Positions 8,561 through 18,462 of a stretch of 64,000 nt of DNA are shown one piece after another (the stretch's first letter is position 1; each line of letters opens with the position of its first letter). The stretch is taken from positions 19,839-83,838 of the forward strand of contig NZ_CAURHA010000002.1 in assembly GCF_963524655.1 (NCBI RefSeq), written 5' to 3'. The notes under the pieces were generated by a model that saw nothing but the letters and a program-made list of their open reading frames with translations, was not told the DNA's origin and did not search any database. Both the position numbers and the translations under genes were made by a program. The DNA comes from an uncultured Veillonella sp. (GTDB lineage Bacteria > Bacillota > Negativicutes > Veillonellales > Veillonellaceae).

Positions 8561-10468
8561 TTAGAAAATATTTTTAGCGTAATTAGCGTATTTAGCCTCT
8601 AGTTCTTCCATTTTATCATTCATTTCAATTTGTAATTTGGAAGCTAAATCATATTCACTAGCATTTAAAGCTTCTGTTAAACGTGTGAATAAAGATTTGC
8701 GATCATCACTATCTTTAGCAAGGTAGAAACGTAAATCGTTAACTTCAGCAAAACGTTTATCATCTACGCTGTTACGACTATCTGTGTGAATAGCAACCAT
8801 ATTACGAACTGCATCGAGATTATTTGGGATCAAACGATTAGCTAGAACAAGTTCCCAACGTTTTAAAATAGATGCGATGAAGGATTCCATCAAATCTTTA
8901 GCAAAAGCATCACCTTGAGATAATGTTTCTACTAATTCAGGATTGTTATAGTAACCTTTTACATTTTCCCATACCGTAGCAGGAGCTACGCCGAACATTT
9001 GATTACGTTCTTCTTGTGTGAAATCATCAAATACATCTTTTTCTGTACGGTAAGCGCGATTAGTATCAAGATAATCTGCTGATTCGCCAACCTCTTTAGA
9101 AATCTCAGCTAATAATTGAGCTTGAGTTTTACCACAAGTAATAGCATATTTCATACCATCAAAAGCAGAAACGAAAATCAATGCTAATGCAGTATATGTA
9201 TTAGTGTATGGATTTGGAGAACGCAATTCAAAACGTGTAGCCATTGGATTATCGATATCGCGAATTAAACCGCAAAGAATTGTACGGTTACGATTTGGTT
9301 CGGATGGATCGGTACCAAAGGATGTTACAATACATACTGGTGCTTCGAAGCCTGGTTTTAAGCGGTTTAAAGCATCTGTTGTGGAGCTAATGAATGGATT
9401 AATAGCCTCATAATGTTTTAAGAGACCCATAATTGCACCAATACCCAAAGAGCTACAAGCCTCTTTACGCATATCTTCTGGGCTAAATAAGTTAACTAAT
9501 TTACCAGATTTAAGTTTTGCCATTACACCAAAGTGAGTATGTTCACCAGAACCAGCAACACCGATAATTGGTTTAGCATTAAAAGTTACATCAAGACCGT
9601 TTTCACGGAATACTTCACGTACTATAATTCTGGCTTGCAATTCATTGTCTGCAGTTTGTAATGGATTATTACAGAATTTCCAGTCAATTTCTAATTGTTC
9701 AAGTACAACAGCTTCATGGCCGAACTCGTCAAGTTTAGCTTTAACGCCGCCTACCTCTTTATGGCCCATTTCAGCAACCATGCCATATTTATCAAGACGT
9801 TCAACAGCTTGTTCTAAAGCAGTACGAACGGTGCCATGTGTACGTTGCCAATATTGTTCTTGTAATTTTTGAGATACAGATAATTCTTTCTTAGTAACTG
9901 TTCTAGCAGGCGTTTTAACCCAGAACTCTAACTCTGTAGCGGATGTAAAAATAATATCTACTACATCATCAGATTTAACATGTGGCATACCTGGCAAGCC
10001 ATGTTCTTTAATTAAATTTAATAATTCAGTTTTTACATAGTCACAGCTGCGTTTCAAAATAGAACGAGAATCTACGTAACGGTAATTGTGCATCAAGAAA
10101 GCAGGAATACGTAGTGTACCAGTTGGTAAGCCTGTTGCAGGATCAATATTTTCATAGTTGTAATCTACGAACCAGTTTACACTTGGGTCACCCCACATAT
10201 CTACACGAGCATTATTTAATGTAGCAATATTTGTTAATACTACAGAAGAACCATCTGTTTGAACTGCACGACCTTCAAAGAAGGATTCATAGTCATCAAA
10301 GAAGGCAGACATAGGAATTTTTTCATCTGTATCATTACCTGCTAAATCAATACCTACTAAAGATACGAATTTAATTTCTGGATGCTGTTCTAATAATGCG
10401 AGTACACCTTCTTTACCGTATTGGCCTGCAGGAATATAATACAATAATTCATGATTAGTAGTAGCCAT
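8561..10468 (-). CDS. glnA: Glutamine synthetase (long, 635-aa clostridial-type)
   Basis: TDGSS, ELEF, HKEVG, QLEI, AKPIIGVAGSGEHTH, NRLKPGFEAP, RNRT and RFELRSP catalytic motifs. Confidence 0.9.
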   Translation of the reverse strand: MATTNHELLYYIPAGQYGKEGVLALLEQHPEIKFVSLVGIDLAGNDTDEKIPMSAFFDDYESFFEGRAVQTDGSSVVLTNIATLNNARVDMWGDPSVNWFVDYNYENIDPATGLPTGTLRIPAFLMHNYRYVDSRSILKRSCDYVKTELLNLIKEHGLPGMPHVKSDDVVDIIFTSATELEFWVKTPARTVTKKELSVSQKLQEQYWQRTHGTVRTALEQAVERLDKYGMVAEMGHKEVGGVKAKLDEFGHEAVVLEQLEIDWKFCNNPLQTADNELQARIIVREVFRENGLDVTFNAKPIIGVAGSGEHTHFGVMAKLKSGKLVNLFSPEDMRKEACSSLGIGAIMGLLKHYEAINPFISSTTDALNRLKPGFEAPVCIVTSFGTDPSEPNRNRTILCGLIRDIDNPMATRFELRSPNPYTNTYTALALIFVSAFDGMKYAITCGKTQAQLLAEISKEVGESADYLDTNRAYRTEKDVFDDFTQEERNQMFGVAPATVWENVKGYYNNPELVETLSQGDAFAKDLMESFIASILKRWELVLANRLIPNNLDAVRNMVAIHTDSRNSVDDKRFAEVNDLRFYLAKDSDDRKSLFTRLTEALNASEYDLASKLQIEMNDKMEELEAKYANYAKNIF

Positions 10469-10483
10469 ATCTGTTCCTCCTAA

Positions 10484-10548
10484 AATAAAAAAGACTCCAA
10501 CAAATAGATATACGCTTACATATATCTAAAGTGGAGTCTTCGTTGACT
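10484..10548 (-). promoter_or_regulatory. glnA leader: terminator overlapped by an ANTAR-type hairpin
   Basis: AGTC-AACGAA-GACT hairpin (10535-10548) shares GACT with the terminator stem AAGACTCCA...TGGAGTCTT-TTTT just upstream of the AGGAGG SD. Confidence 0.65.
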
Positions 10549-10566
10549 AATTATTTTGTTGAATTC

Positions 10567-10596
10567 ATATTATCATATGTTGAAAATATATGTCAA
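10567..10596 (-). promoter_or_regulatory. Putative sigma-A promoter of glnA
   Basis: TTGACA (10591-10596), 18 bp spacer, TG-A-TAATAT. Confidence 0.6.
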
Positions 10597-10690
10597 TAAA
10601 CTTCTATAGAATTTTTATCTTTTAAAAGCTATATTAGAATCAATGTATTTTCAGTACAATTAGTTAGTCATAGTAAATTTAACAATATCA

Positions 10691-11134
10691 TTAACCAAGC
10701 AATTCTTTAACAATATTATTAACTACTTTACCATCTGCACGGCCTTTAGTTTTAGGCATAACATGTTTCATAACATTACCCATATTTACGCTATCACCAC
10801 ACGCAGTTATTGCTTCTTGTACAATTGTGCGAATTTCATCTTCAGAAAGCTGTTCTGGTAAGTATTTTTGTAATACTGCCATTTCTTCTTTAACATGACT
10901 AATTAAATCTTCACGACCAGCTTTTTCAAACTCGGTTAAAGAGTCTTGACGAGTTTTCATTTCTTTTGCCAATATACCAAGAATACCATTATCATCAAGT
11001 TCTACCTTGTCGTTAATTTCTGTATTTTTAATAGCGCTATTAACCATACGAATTACAGATAAAGCAGTTTTTCCTTCTTCACGAGCTTTCATAGCCGCTT
11101 TCATATCTTCTTTTAATTGATCTTTTAAGCTCAT
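10691..11134 (-). CDS. yqeY: GatB/YqeY domain protein
   Basis: MSLKDQLKEDMKAAMKARE...YLPEQLSEDE...MGNVMK..MPKTKGRADGK; start trimmed to the ATG after the GGAGG SD. Confidence 0.9.
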   Translation of the reverse strand: MSLKDQLKEDMKAAMKAREEGKTALSVIRMVNSAIKNTEINDKVELDDNGILGILAKEMKTRQDSLTEFEKAGREDLISHVKEEMAVLQKYLPEQLSEDEIRTIVQEAITACGDSVNMGNVMKHVMPKTKGRADGKVVNNIVKELLG

Positions 11135-11162
11135 AGTTCCTCCTTGTTTATAAAATAAAGAA

Positions 11163-11209
11163 ACCCCAATTCTGGATTTCATGAAGCCATGAAAAGGCAG
11201 AATTAGGGT
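11163..11209 (-). terminator. Long hairpin / probable partial terminator between rpsU and yqeY
   Basis: ACCCTAATTCTG...TTTCATG-GCTT-CATGAAA...CAGAATTGGGGT followed by TTCTTT on the minus strand. Confidence 0.6.
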
Positions 11210-11216
11210 AATCATC

Positions 11217-11396
11217 TTATGCTCTGAATTTGCGTTTTCTTGCTGCTTCAGATTTTTTCTTTCTTTTTACGCTTGGTTTTTCGTAGTGTTCACGTTTTCT
11301 TACTTCAGACAAAACACCCGCTTTTTGGCAGGAGCGTTTGAATCGACGAAGAGCACTTTCAAGCGTTTCGTTTTTACCGACTTTGATTTCAGACAT
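11217..11396 (-). CDS. rpsU: 30S ribosomal protein S21 (59 aa, missed by the ORF track)
   Basis: Manual translation [70 protein letters not shown]. Confidence 0.97.
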   Translation of the reverse strand: MSEIKVGKNETLESALRRFKRSCQKAGVLSEVRKREHYEKPSVKRKKKSEAARKRKFRA

Positions 11397-11459
11397 CTAT
11401 ATCCCTCCCTCCAAAATTAATCTCGGGAAGTGCTGATAATTTACATACGCACATATAAT

Positions 11460-11488
11460 ATTATATGTATAGGTATAGATGTTGTCAA
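11460..11488 (-). promoter_or_regulatory. Consensus sigma-A promoter of rpsU
   Basis: TTGACA-17 bp-TATAAT, a perfect match. Confidence 0.85.
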
Positions 11489-11553
11489 TATTTTCCGGTA
11501 TATTTTATAGGAATTTTAATAAGTATTATAAAAATAATACATTATACACAATG

Positions 11554-11898
11554 TTAAGCTTCTGGCCAGCCCATTTCCTCGCCACCTAATAGATGGGCAT
11601 GCATATGGAATACAGTTTGACCAGCTTTACCGCCAGTGTTAAAAATCAAGCGATAACCATCTTTAGAAATACCTAATTCTTTAGCTACATCACGAACAAA
11701 TGGTAGCAAACCTTCTACATAGTCAGCATTCTTTTCTGTAAGATGTGCAATATTAGATACATGGTTTTTAGGCACGATTAAAACATGGACCTTTTTCACC
11801 GGTTGAATATCATGGAATGCATAGAATTTATCGTTTTCTAATACTTTATTGGAAGGAATTTCACCATTAATAATTTTACAGAAAATGCAATCGCTCAT
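11554..11898 (-). CDS. Histidine triad (HIT) nucleotide-binding protein
   Basis: SDCIFCKII N-terminus and HMHAHLLGG HIT motif. Confidence 0.93.
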   Translation of the reverse strand: MSDCIFCKIINGEIPSNKVLENDKFYAFHDIQPVKKVHVLIVPKNHVSNIAHLTEKNADYVEGLLPFVRDVAKELGISKDGYRLIFNTGGKAGQTVFHMHAHLLGGEEMGWPEA

Positions 11899-11909
11899 AA
11901 TTAGACTCC

Positions 11910-13205
11910 TTATTCAATAATTAAATAATTATCTTCTAAACCTATAACAGTACCTCCGATTAGATCACCAATCTTATGTAATCCATCAGACTTTACTTTA
12001 CCATTTACATACTCATTTGTTAAGCCCATATAGTATCCATTCTCTTCCTTTTCGATGAGAATCTCACCAGGCTTACCAATGCGAGACTTAGCGTATGCTT
12101 CATAACCTGATTCACTAAGACCATTTAACAGTGCAACACGAGTCTTTTTAACGGCCTCAGGTACTTGATCAGGCATAGTTGCAGCCGGTGTACCTTCACG
12201 AATAGAATATGGGAAAGCGTGAATATGGGTAAACCCAATTTCACGTACTGTATTCAATGTTTCTTCAAAATCTTCATCTGTTTCTTGTGGGAAACCTGCA
12301 ATGATATCAGTCGTAATAGATAAATCTTTAATGCGAGAACGCAACTTGGCAATGAGATCTTTATACTCTTGTAATGTATAATGACGTCTCATCAATTGTA
12401 ATACATGGTCTGAACCCGCTTGTAATGGCAGGTGAAGATTTGGACATACTCGTTTATCTGTAGCCATTAATTCTACTAGCTCATCAGAAACCTCAACAGA
12501 TTCAATAGATCCAAAACGAATACGATATAACTCAGGTATTTCTAATAAGGCTTTTACTACATCAGCCAAGGTAGGTCTACCTGGTAATTCCACACCATAA
12601 TTACCTAAATGAATACCTGTTAGTACGATTTCGTGGAAGCCATGGTCTACTAAACGCTTAGCTTCTTCTACGATATCTTCAATTTTACGAGATTTCAGTT
12701 TACCACGAGTATATGGAATGATGCAGAAAGAGCAATAGTTATTACATCCTTCTTGAATTTTCATGAAAGCTCGAGCCTTATCTGATTCATTACCAAATAA
12801 TGGCATTTCCTCAAAATTAGACTCTTTCATAATATCTCTAACAGCATTGATTTGACGTTCTGTAGATTCTAATTGCTCCACTAGCTCAACGATTTTAGAT
12901 CGATTATTTGTACCAATAACAAGGTTAACACCGTCAATAGCCGCAATCGCATCTGGATCAAGCTGAGCATAACAACCAGTAACGATTACATAAGCATCTT
13001 CATTTTGGCGTTTTGCTTTCCGAATCAATTGACGGGATTTCTTTTCCCCCATATTGGTTACAGAACATGTATTAATTACATATATATCAGCTTTTTCATC
13101 GAAGTCTACGGCTTCGTAATTATTTTGTAAAAATAAACCTTTCATAGCATCTGTGTCATACTGATTGACACGACAGCCTAAGGTTGTAAAAGCAACGGTT
13201 TTCAT
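11910..13205 (-). CDS. mtaB: tRNA t6A37 methylthiotransferase
   Basis: TLGCRVNQYD, NTCSVT, radical-SAM CNNYCSFC and TGIHLG motifs; located after rsmE. Confidence 0.93.
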   Translation of the reverse strand: MKTVAFTTLGCRVNQYDTDAMKGLFLQNNYEAVDFDEKADIYVINTCSVTNMGEKKSRQLIRKAKRQNEDAYVIVTGCYAQLDPDAIAAIDGVNLVIGTNNRSKIVELVEQLESTERQINAVRDIMKESNFEEMPLFGNESDKARAFMKIQEGCNNYCSFCIIPYTRGKLKSRKIEDIVEEAKRLVDHGFHEIVLTGIHLGNYGVELPGRPTLADVVKALLEIPELYRIRFGSIESVEVSDELVELMATDKRVCPNLHLPLQAGSDHVLQLMRRHYTLQEYKDLIAKLRSRIKDLSITTDIIAGFPQETDEDFEETLNTVREIGFTHIHAFPYSIREGTPAATMPDQVPEAVKKTRVALLNGLSESGYEAYAKSRIGKPGEILIEKEENGYYMGLTNEYVNGKVKSDGLHKIGDLIGGTVIGLEDNYLIIE

Positions 13206-13229
13206 TGCACCTCTCTATTCTTGTTTAAT

Positions 13230-13961
13230 TTATAGTTCTAATTCATATTGAATCATCGCTAATGATCCAATGGCAGCAGTTTCTGCTCGTAAAATAGTAT
13301 TACCAAGAGAAACTGATTTTCCACCACTCTCTATAATAGCATTGATTTCCTTCTCTTGATAGCCCCCTTCAGGACCAATACAAATGAGAATGTCAGTTAT
13401 ATTTTGATTACTATGTATTGATTCAAGTGCAGTCTTAATAGTATGACCCTCTTCATTTTCATAAGCTACTAGTTTAAATGCATCATCCTCGATTGCAAGT
13501 ACTTGTGAAAGCTTTTCACCTACCACAAGTGTGGGCAGTTGATTACGCCCACATTGTTGGGCTGCTTCTAGCATAATTTTTTCCCAACGACTGACTTTTG
13601 ATTGTAGTTTCTTATCATCATATTTAGCTACACAGTTTGCCGTAGATACAAGATAAATGGTATCTACATTTAACTCTGTCGCCTTTTGTAATACCCATTC
13701 TAACTTTTCGCCTTTCAATAAGGATTGAACAAGAATAGTTCGATATGATGATGCATCAGACTCGACATATTCAATAAGTTTAGCTTGTGCTAGACCATCA
13801 ACTTCTTCGGTAATCTGATAAATACCACAACGATTATCACTGCCCGTTACAGTAATGGGTTTCTCCATATTATGACGAAATACATGTAACACATGATGTG
13901 TCACATCTTTTGGTAATTGTATTATTTCATCTAATGGTGTAGGGATAAATATTTTCTTCAT
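13230..13961 (-). CDS. rsmE: 16S rRNA m3U1498 methyltransferase
   Basis: QKATEL, EAAQQCGR, IGPEGG and LGNTILRAETA motifs; start trimmed to MKKIFI. Confidence 0.93.
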   Translation of the reverse strand: MKKIFIPTPLDEIIQLPKDVTHHVLHVFRHNMEKPITVTGSDNRCGIYQITEEVDGLAQAKLIEYVESDASSYRTILVQSLLKGEKLEWVLQKATELNVDTIYLVSTANCVAKYDDKKLQSKVSRWEKIMLEAAQQCGRNQLPTLVVGEKLSQVLAIEDDAFKLVAYENEEGHTIKTALESIHSNQNITDILICIGPEGGYQEKEINAIIESGGKSVSLGNTILRAETAAIGSLAMIQYELEL

Positions 13962-14821
13962 AGCTTTTCTAACGCAAAGGTATGCCAAGGGCCCGCCACG
14001 CGTTCCTCTATAATATGCCAATGTTCAGTGATATACGGCAAGATTTCATCATACCGATCATCAATAATACCACTAATGATTAAAATGCCATTATCTTCAA
14101 GTTTCTTACCTATTTGTGGTAACAATATCTTCAAAGGGTCTACCGTTAAATTAGCTAAAATTAATTGAGCAGTACCTTCAAAGTCCGTATCTAAATTACC
14201 ACAAATAATTTCGGCATGTACTTCATTGTTTTCACAGTTAATTTTTGCTTGATTGGCTGCGTATTCCTCAATATCAATACCTACTAAATGTTTTATACCT
14301 AATTGGGCGGCTACTAATAAAAGTATCCCTGTACCTGTACCGATATCTAAACATGTAACCTTATCAAGATCCATAGATTCACTATAAACTTTTAACAGCT
14401 CTGCACACGTTCTAGTCGTTTCATGGGAACCAGTGCCAAAGGAAATGTCTGAATCGATTTCTATAATTGTTTTATTATCGACGTTATCATATTCTTGCCA
14501 TGCAGGTTTAATTACTATATTTGGTAATATTTCTGTAGGCTCAATATATTGTTGCCAAGAATTTAACCACGTAGATTCGTCTAGTATATGAGCATCTATT
14601 GATTTCACCGTAATATTTGCCTCTGTAAGACGTTTTTCTAAGTCTTCTTTAATCATATCGGCATCAAGTGTTGGATCAGCGTAGAGCGTTAATTTTATTA
14701 AATTAGGTTGTTTTTCAATATCTTCTTCTATAATTCCATTGTCTGCGTAATCGTCAAAAAGAGTAGTCACCTCATCGGTGGCTACTCTTTCACAGACAAT
14801 GGATATTTCTATCCACTGCAT
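13958..14821 (-). CDS. prmA: Ribosomal protein L11 methyltransferase
   Basis: FGTGSHETT, LDIGTGTGIL and ANL motifs; follows dnaJ; start MQWIEI after the AAGGAG SD. Confidence 0.93.
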   Translation of the reverse strand: MQWIEISIVCERVATDEVTTLFDDYADNGIIEEDIEKQPNLIKLTLYADPTLDADMIKEDLEKRLTEANITVKSIDAHILDESTWLNSWQQYIEPTEILPNIVIKPAWQEYDNVDNKTIIEIDSDISFGTGSHETTRTCAELLKVYSESMDLDKVTCLDIGTGTGILLLVAAQLGIKHLVGIDIEEYAANQAKINCENNEVHAEIICGNLDTDFEGTAQLILANLTVDPLKILLPQIGKKLEDNGILIISGIIDDRYDEILPYITEHWHIIEERVAGPWHTFALEKL

Positions 14822-14876
14822 ATATGCTCCTTTATAGGGAATGTGATGGAACAAACCATTCCTTCACATGAGCTGT

Positions 14877-16034
14877 TCATTTAGTCAAAGCGTCCTTAAT
14901 TTTTTCAAAGAGACTTTTGCTCACTTGTAAGTTATTTACATCTTCGTTACTTTCGTTTGCAAAGCGTAATAATAACTCACGTTGAGTATCGGTCAACTTC
15001 TTAGGCGTTTGGACAGTTACCACAATATGTTGGTCCCCTCTTTGGTTAGGGTTACGCAAATATGGAATACCTTTGCCCTTTACGCGGAATGCCGTTCCCG
15101 TTTGAGTACCTTCCGGAATCTTTAACTCTACTTTACCATCTAAGGTGTTAACTTGTATAGTCGCACCAAGAGCAGCTTGAGCAAAGCTAATATTCGCACG
15201 GCTAATAACATCATTACCATTTCGCTCAAATTCCTTATGAGGACGAACAAAGATATATACGTAAAGGTCACCCTTAGGACCGCCCAAAATACCTGGTTCC
15301 CCTTCATTAGCTACACGTAAGCGAGAACCACTATCTACACCTGCTGGAATCTTGATAGAAATCTTGCGTTTTGCAAGCATTTCACCTGTACCACGGCATT
15401 TAGAACAAGGTTTTTCAATGCTTTTACCAGTACCATGACAGCGAGAACAAGTGCGAACGGATTGCATACGCCCAAATGGAGTATTTTGAATAACCGCTTC
15501 TTGACCAGAACCATGACAGTTTGGACAAGTATCGACACGAGAGCCTGGCTCACCACCAGTACCATGACAGTGATCACATTCTTCATGACGATGCACTTCG
15601 ATTTCCATAGACTTACCAAAGGCTGCATCTTCAAAGGAAATATCGATATCTTCACGCAAGTCATTACCTTTTTGAGGACCTTGTTGTTGGCGACCACCGC
15701 CAAACATGCCACCAAAAATATCGCCAAAGATATCACCAAAGCCACCAGCTTGACCGCCAAAACCACCAAAGCCGCCTTGGAAACCACCGGCGCCAGCGCC
15801 GCCTCCTTGTTTGAAGGCGTCGTGGCCGAATTGGTCATATTGAGCTTTTTTAGTTTCGTCAGACAATACTTCGTAAGCTTCGTTTGCTTCTTTAAACTTC
15901 GCTTCTGCTTCCTTTGGATTGTCTTTATTTACGTCAGGGTGGTATTGGCGTGCCTTTTTACGGAAGGCTTTTTTAATTTCATCTTGAGAGGCGTTTTTGC
16001 TAACCCCTAGGATGTCATAATAATCTCGTGCCAT
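14877..16034 (-). CDS. dnaJ: Chaperone DnaJ
   Basis: J-domain HPD motif, G/F-rich region, four CxxCxGxG repeats. Confidence 0.98.
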   Translation of the reverse strand: MARDYYDILGVSKNASQDEIKKAFRKKARQYHPDVNKDNPKEAEAKFKEANEAYEVLSDETKKAQYDQFGHDAFKQGGGAGAGGFQGGFGGFGGQAGGFGDIFGDIFGGMFGGGRQQQGPQKGNDLREDIDISFEDAAFGKSMEIEVHRHEECDHCHGTGGEPGSRVDTCPNCHGSGQEAVIQNTPFGRMQSVRTCSRCHGTGKSIEKPCSKCRGTGEMLAKRKISIKIPAGVDSGSRLRVANEGEPGILGGPKGDLYVYIFVRPHKEFERNGNDVISRANISFAQAALGATIQVNTLDGKVELKIPEGTQTGTAFRVKGKGIPYLRNPNQRGDQHIVVTVQTPKKLTDTQRELLLRFANESNEDVNNLQVSKSLFEKIKDALTK

Positions 16035-16050
16035 TAGTTACCAACCCTTC

Positions 16051-17889
16051 TTATTTCTTTTCGTCATCCACTACAGTGTAATCAGCATCAACTACATTGT
16101 CATCAGCTTTTGCTTGTTGGCCTTGTTCAGCACCACCAGCAGCTTGTTGTGCTTGTTGAGCAGCTGCATACATTTGTTCAGCTAATTTGTGTAATGGTTG
16201 TTCCAAAGCTTCACTGTCTTTTTTGATATCTTCGATGTTGCCTGCTTCGATAGATTTTTTCAATTTATCTTTTGCTTCTTCAACTTCTTTCAACAAAGCT
16301 GTGTCGCCTTTACCATCAAGTTCTTTCAATGCTTTTTCAGCTTGGTATACCAAGGAATCTGCATTATTTTTAATATCTAATTCTTCTTTTCTAGCTTTGT
16401 CTTCTGCTGCATGTGCTTCAGCTTCTTTAACCATGCGATCGATTTCGTCTTCTTTTAATCCGCTAGAAGAAGTGATTGTAATTTTTTGTTCTTTTTGAGT
16501 ACCCAAATCTTTTGCTTTTACATGTACGATACCGTTAGCATCGATGTCGAATGTTACTTCGATTTGAGGAACCCCACGAGGAGCTGCTGGAATACCATCC
16601 AAGTTAAAGCGACCCAATGTTTTATTATCTGCTGCGAACTCACGTTCACCTTGTAAAACATGGATATCTACAGATGGTTGATTATCTGCAGCAGTGGAGA
16701 ATACTTGGGATTTAGATGTAGGAATTGTAGTGTTGCGATCGATAATACGTGTGAATACACCACCCATTGTTTCGATACCAAGGGATAATGGAGTTACGTC
16801 AAGCAACAATACGTCTTTAACTTCACCTACTAATACACCACCTTGAATTGCTGCACCGATAGCAACACATTCATCAGGATTAACGTTTTTAGTTGGCTCT
16901 TTACCTAATACTTTTTTAATAGCATCTTGTACAGCTGGAATACGGCTAGAACCACCAACTAACAATACTTTATCGATATCAGAAGCGGAAAGACCAGCGT
17001 CTTGCATAGCTTTACGAGTAGGCTCGATTGTTGCTTGTACCAAGTCAGCAGTCAATTCTTCAAATTTAGCACGAGTTAATGTTACGTCTAAGTGTTTAGG
17101 ACCTGTAGCATCAGCTGTGATGAATGGCAAGTTGATGTTTGTGCTAGCTACGCCAGACAATTCAATTTTTGCTTTTTCAGCCGCTTCTTTTAAACGTTGA
17201 TCAGCTAATTTATCATTGGATAAATCGATACCAGATTCTTTTTTGAATTCTTCGATTAAGTAGTTCATAATGCGTTGGTCGAAGTCATCACCACCAAGGT
17301 GGTTGTTACCAGATGTTGCTAATACTTCGAATACGCCATCGCCAAGTTCAAGGATAGATACGTCGAATGTACCACCACCAAGGTCGAATACGAGAACTTT
17401 ACCATCTTCATCTTTATCTACGCCATATGCAAGAGCTGCTGCTGTAGGTTCGTTGATGATACGAAGTACTTCAAGACCAGCAATAGCACCAGCGTCTTTA
17501 GTAGCTTGACGTTGGGAGTCTGTAAAGTATGCAGGAACTGTGATAACTGCTTGTTTAACAGGTTCACCCAAATATGCTTCTGCATCAGCTTTGATTTTTT
17601 GAAGAATCATTGCAGAAATTTCTTGAGGAGTATAAGACTTATCTTCTACAGTTACTTTGTAGTCTGTACCCATGTGACGTTTAATAGAAATGATTGTGTT
17701 TTCTGGGTTAGATACAGCTTGACGTTTAGCCAGTTGACCAACTAAACGTTCGCCATTTTTAGCGAAACCAACAACGGAAGGAGTTGTACGAGCGCCTTCT
17801 TGGTTAGTAATAACCGTAGGCTCGCCGCCTTCCATAACCGCAACACAAGAGTTTGTAGTACCTAAGTCAATACCAATTACTTTTGCCAT
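16051..17889 (-). CDS. dnaK: Chaperone DnaK (Hsp70)
   Basis: [23 protein letters not shown] and [12 protein letters not shown] motifs. Confidence 0.99.
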   Translation of the reverse strand: MAKVIGIDLGTTNSCVAVMEGGEPTVITNQEGARTTPSVVGFAKNGERLVGQLAKRQAVSNPENTIISIKRHMGTDYKVTVEDKSYTPQEISAMILQKIKADAEAYLGEPVKQAVITVPAYFTDSQRQATKDAGAIAGLEVLRIINEPTAAALAYGVDKDEDGKVLVFDLGGGTFDVSILELGDGVFEVLATSGNNHLGGDDFDQRIMNYLIEEFKKESGIDLSNDKLADQRLKEAAEKAKIELSGVASTNINLPFITADATGPKHLDVTLTRAKFEELTADLVQATIEPTRKAMQDAGLSASDIDKVLLVGGSSRIPAVQDAIKKVLGKEPTKNVNPDECVAIGAAIQGGVLVGEVKDVLLLDVTPLSLGIETMGGVFTRIIDRNTTIPTSKSQVFSTAADNQPSVDIHVLQGEREFAADNKTLGRFNLDGIPAAPRGVPQIEVTFDIDANGIVHVKAKDLGTQKEQKITITSSSGLKEDEIDRMVKEAEAHAAEDKARKEELDIKNNADSLVYQAEKALKELDGKGDTALLKEVEEAKDKLKKSIEAGNIEDIKKDSEALEQPLHKLAEQMYAAAQQAQQAAGGAEQGQQAKADDNVVDADYTVVDDEKK

Positions 17890-17916
17890 AATATATGCCT
17901 CCTAAAACTTTATAAT

Positions 17917-18462
17917 CTATTCAACAACTTTTACCATTGCTGGACGTATACAACGACCATCAACAGTGTAGCCAGTTTGTAATACTTCACATACCGTATC
18001 AGATTCAAATTCATCTGAAGGTACTCGCATGATTGCTTGATGGAAATTTGGATCAAATGGTTGACCTACTGCTTCAATAACAGCTAATCCATGTTTAGAT
18101 AACATTGCCATCAAGTTTTGATGAATCATAATAAATCCATCGAGGAATAATTTTGCTTCCCCTTCTGCTGGACTTTGAACAGCCCGTTCAAAGTTATCCA
18201 ATACAGGAAGAAGATCTGTTAATACATCCCCTTTAACATATCCAGCAAGTTGCTCTTTTTCTTGGTTAGTACGCCGCTTGAAGTTTTCAAAGTCCGCTTG
18301 TAAACGCTTATAGCGATTATCAAAGTCGGCTTTAAGTTCTTCTAATACTTGAGCAGCATCAGCCACAACTTCTTCAGTTGCTTCCACAGTTGTTTCCTCT
18401 ACATTTGTAGCATCAACTGTTTCATCAACTGTTTCTTGTTTAATGTCTTGTTCTTCAGCCAT
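17917..18462 (-). CDS. grpE: Nucleotide exchange factor GrpE
   Basis: RLQADFENFKRR, FDPNFHQA and GY....R.IRPAMVKV motifs. Confidence 0.97.
   Translation of the reverse strand: MAEEQDIKQETVDETVDATNVEETTVEATEEVVADAAQVLEELKADFDNRYKRLQADFENFKRRTNQEKEQLAGYVKGDVLTDLLPVLDNFERAVQSPAEGEAKLFLDGFIMIHQNLMAMLSKHGLAVIEAVGQPFDPNFHQAIMRVPSDEFESDTVCEVLQTGYTVDGRCIRPAMVKVVE

Noticed and set aside
15335..17745. Several alternative-frame and antisense ORFs inside dnaJ and dnaK (up to 191 aa)
   Set aside because: They overlap highly conserved, codon-biased genes completely, lack SD sequences and match no recognisable family; such shadow ORFs are a known by-product of biased codon usage
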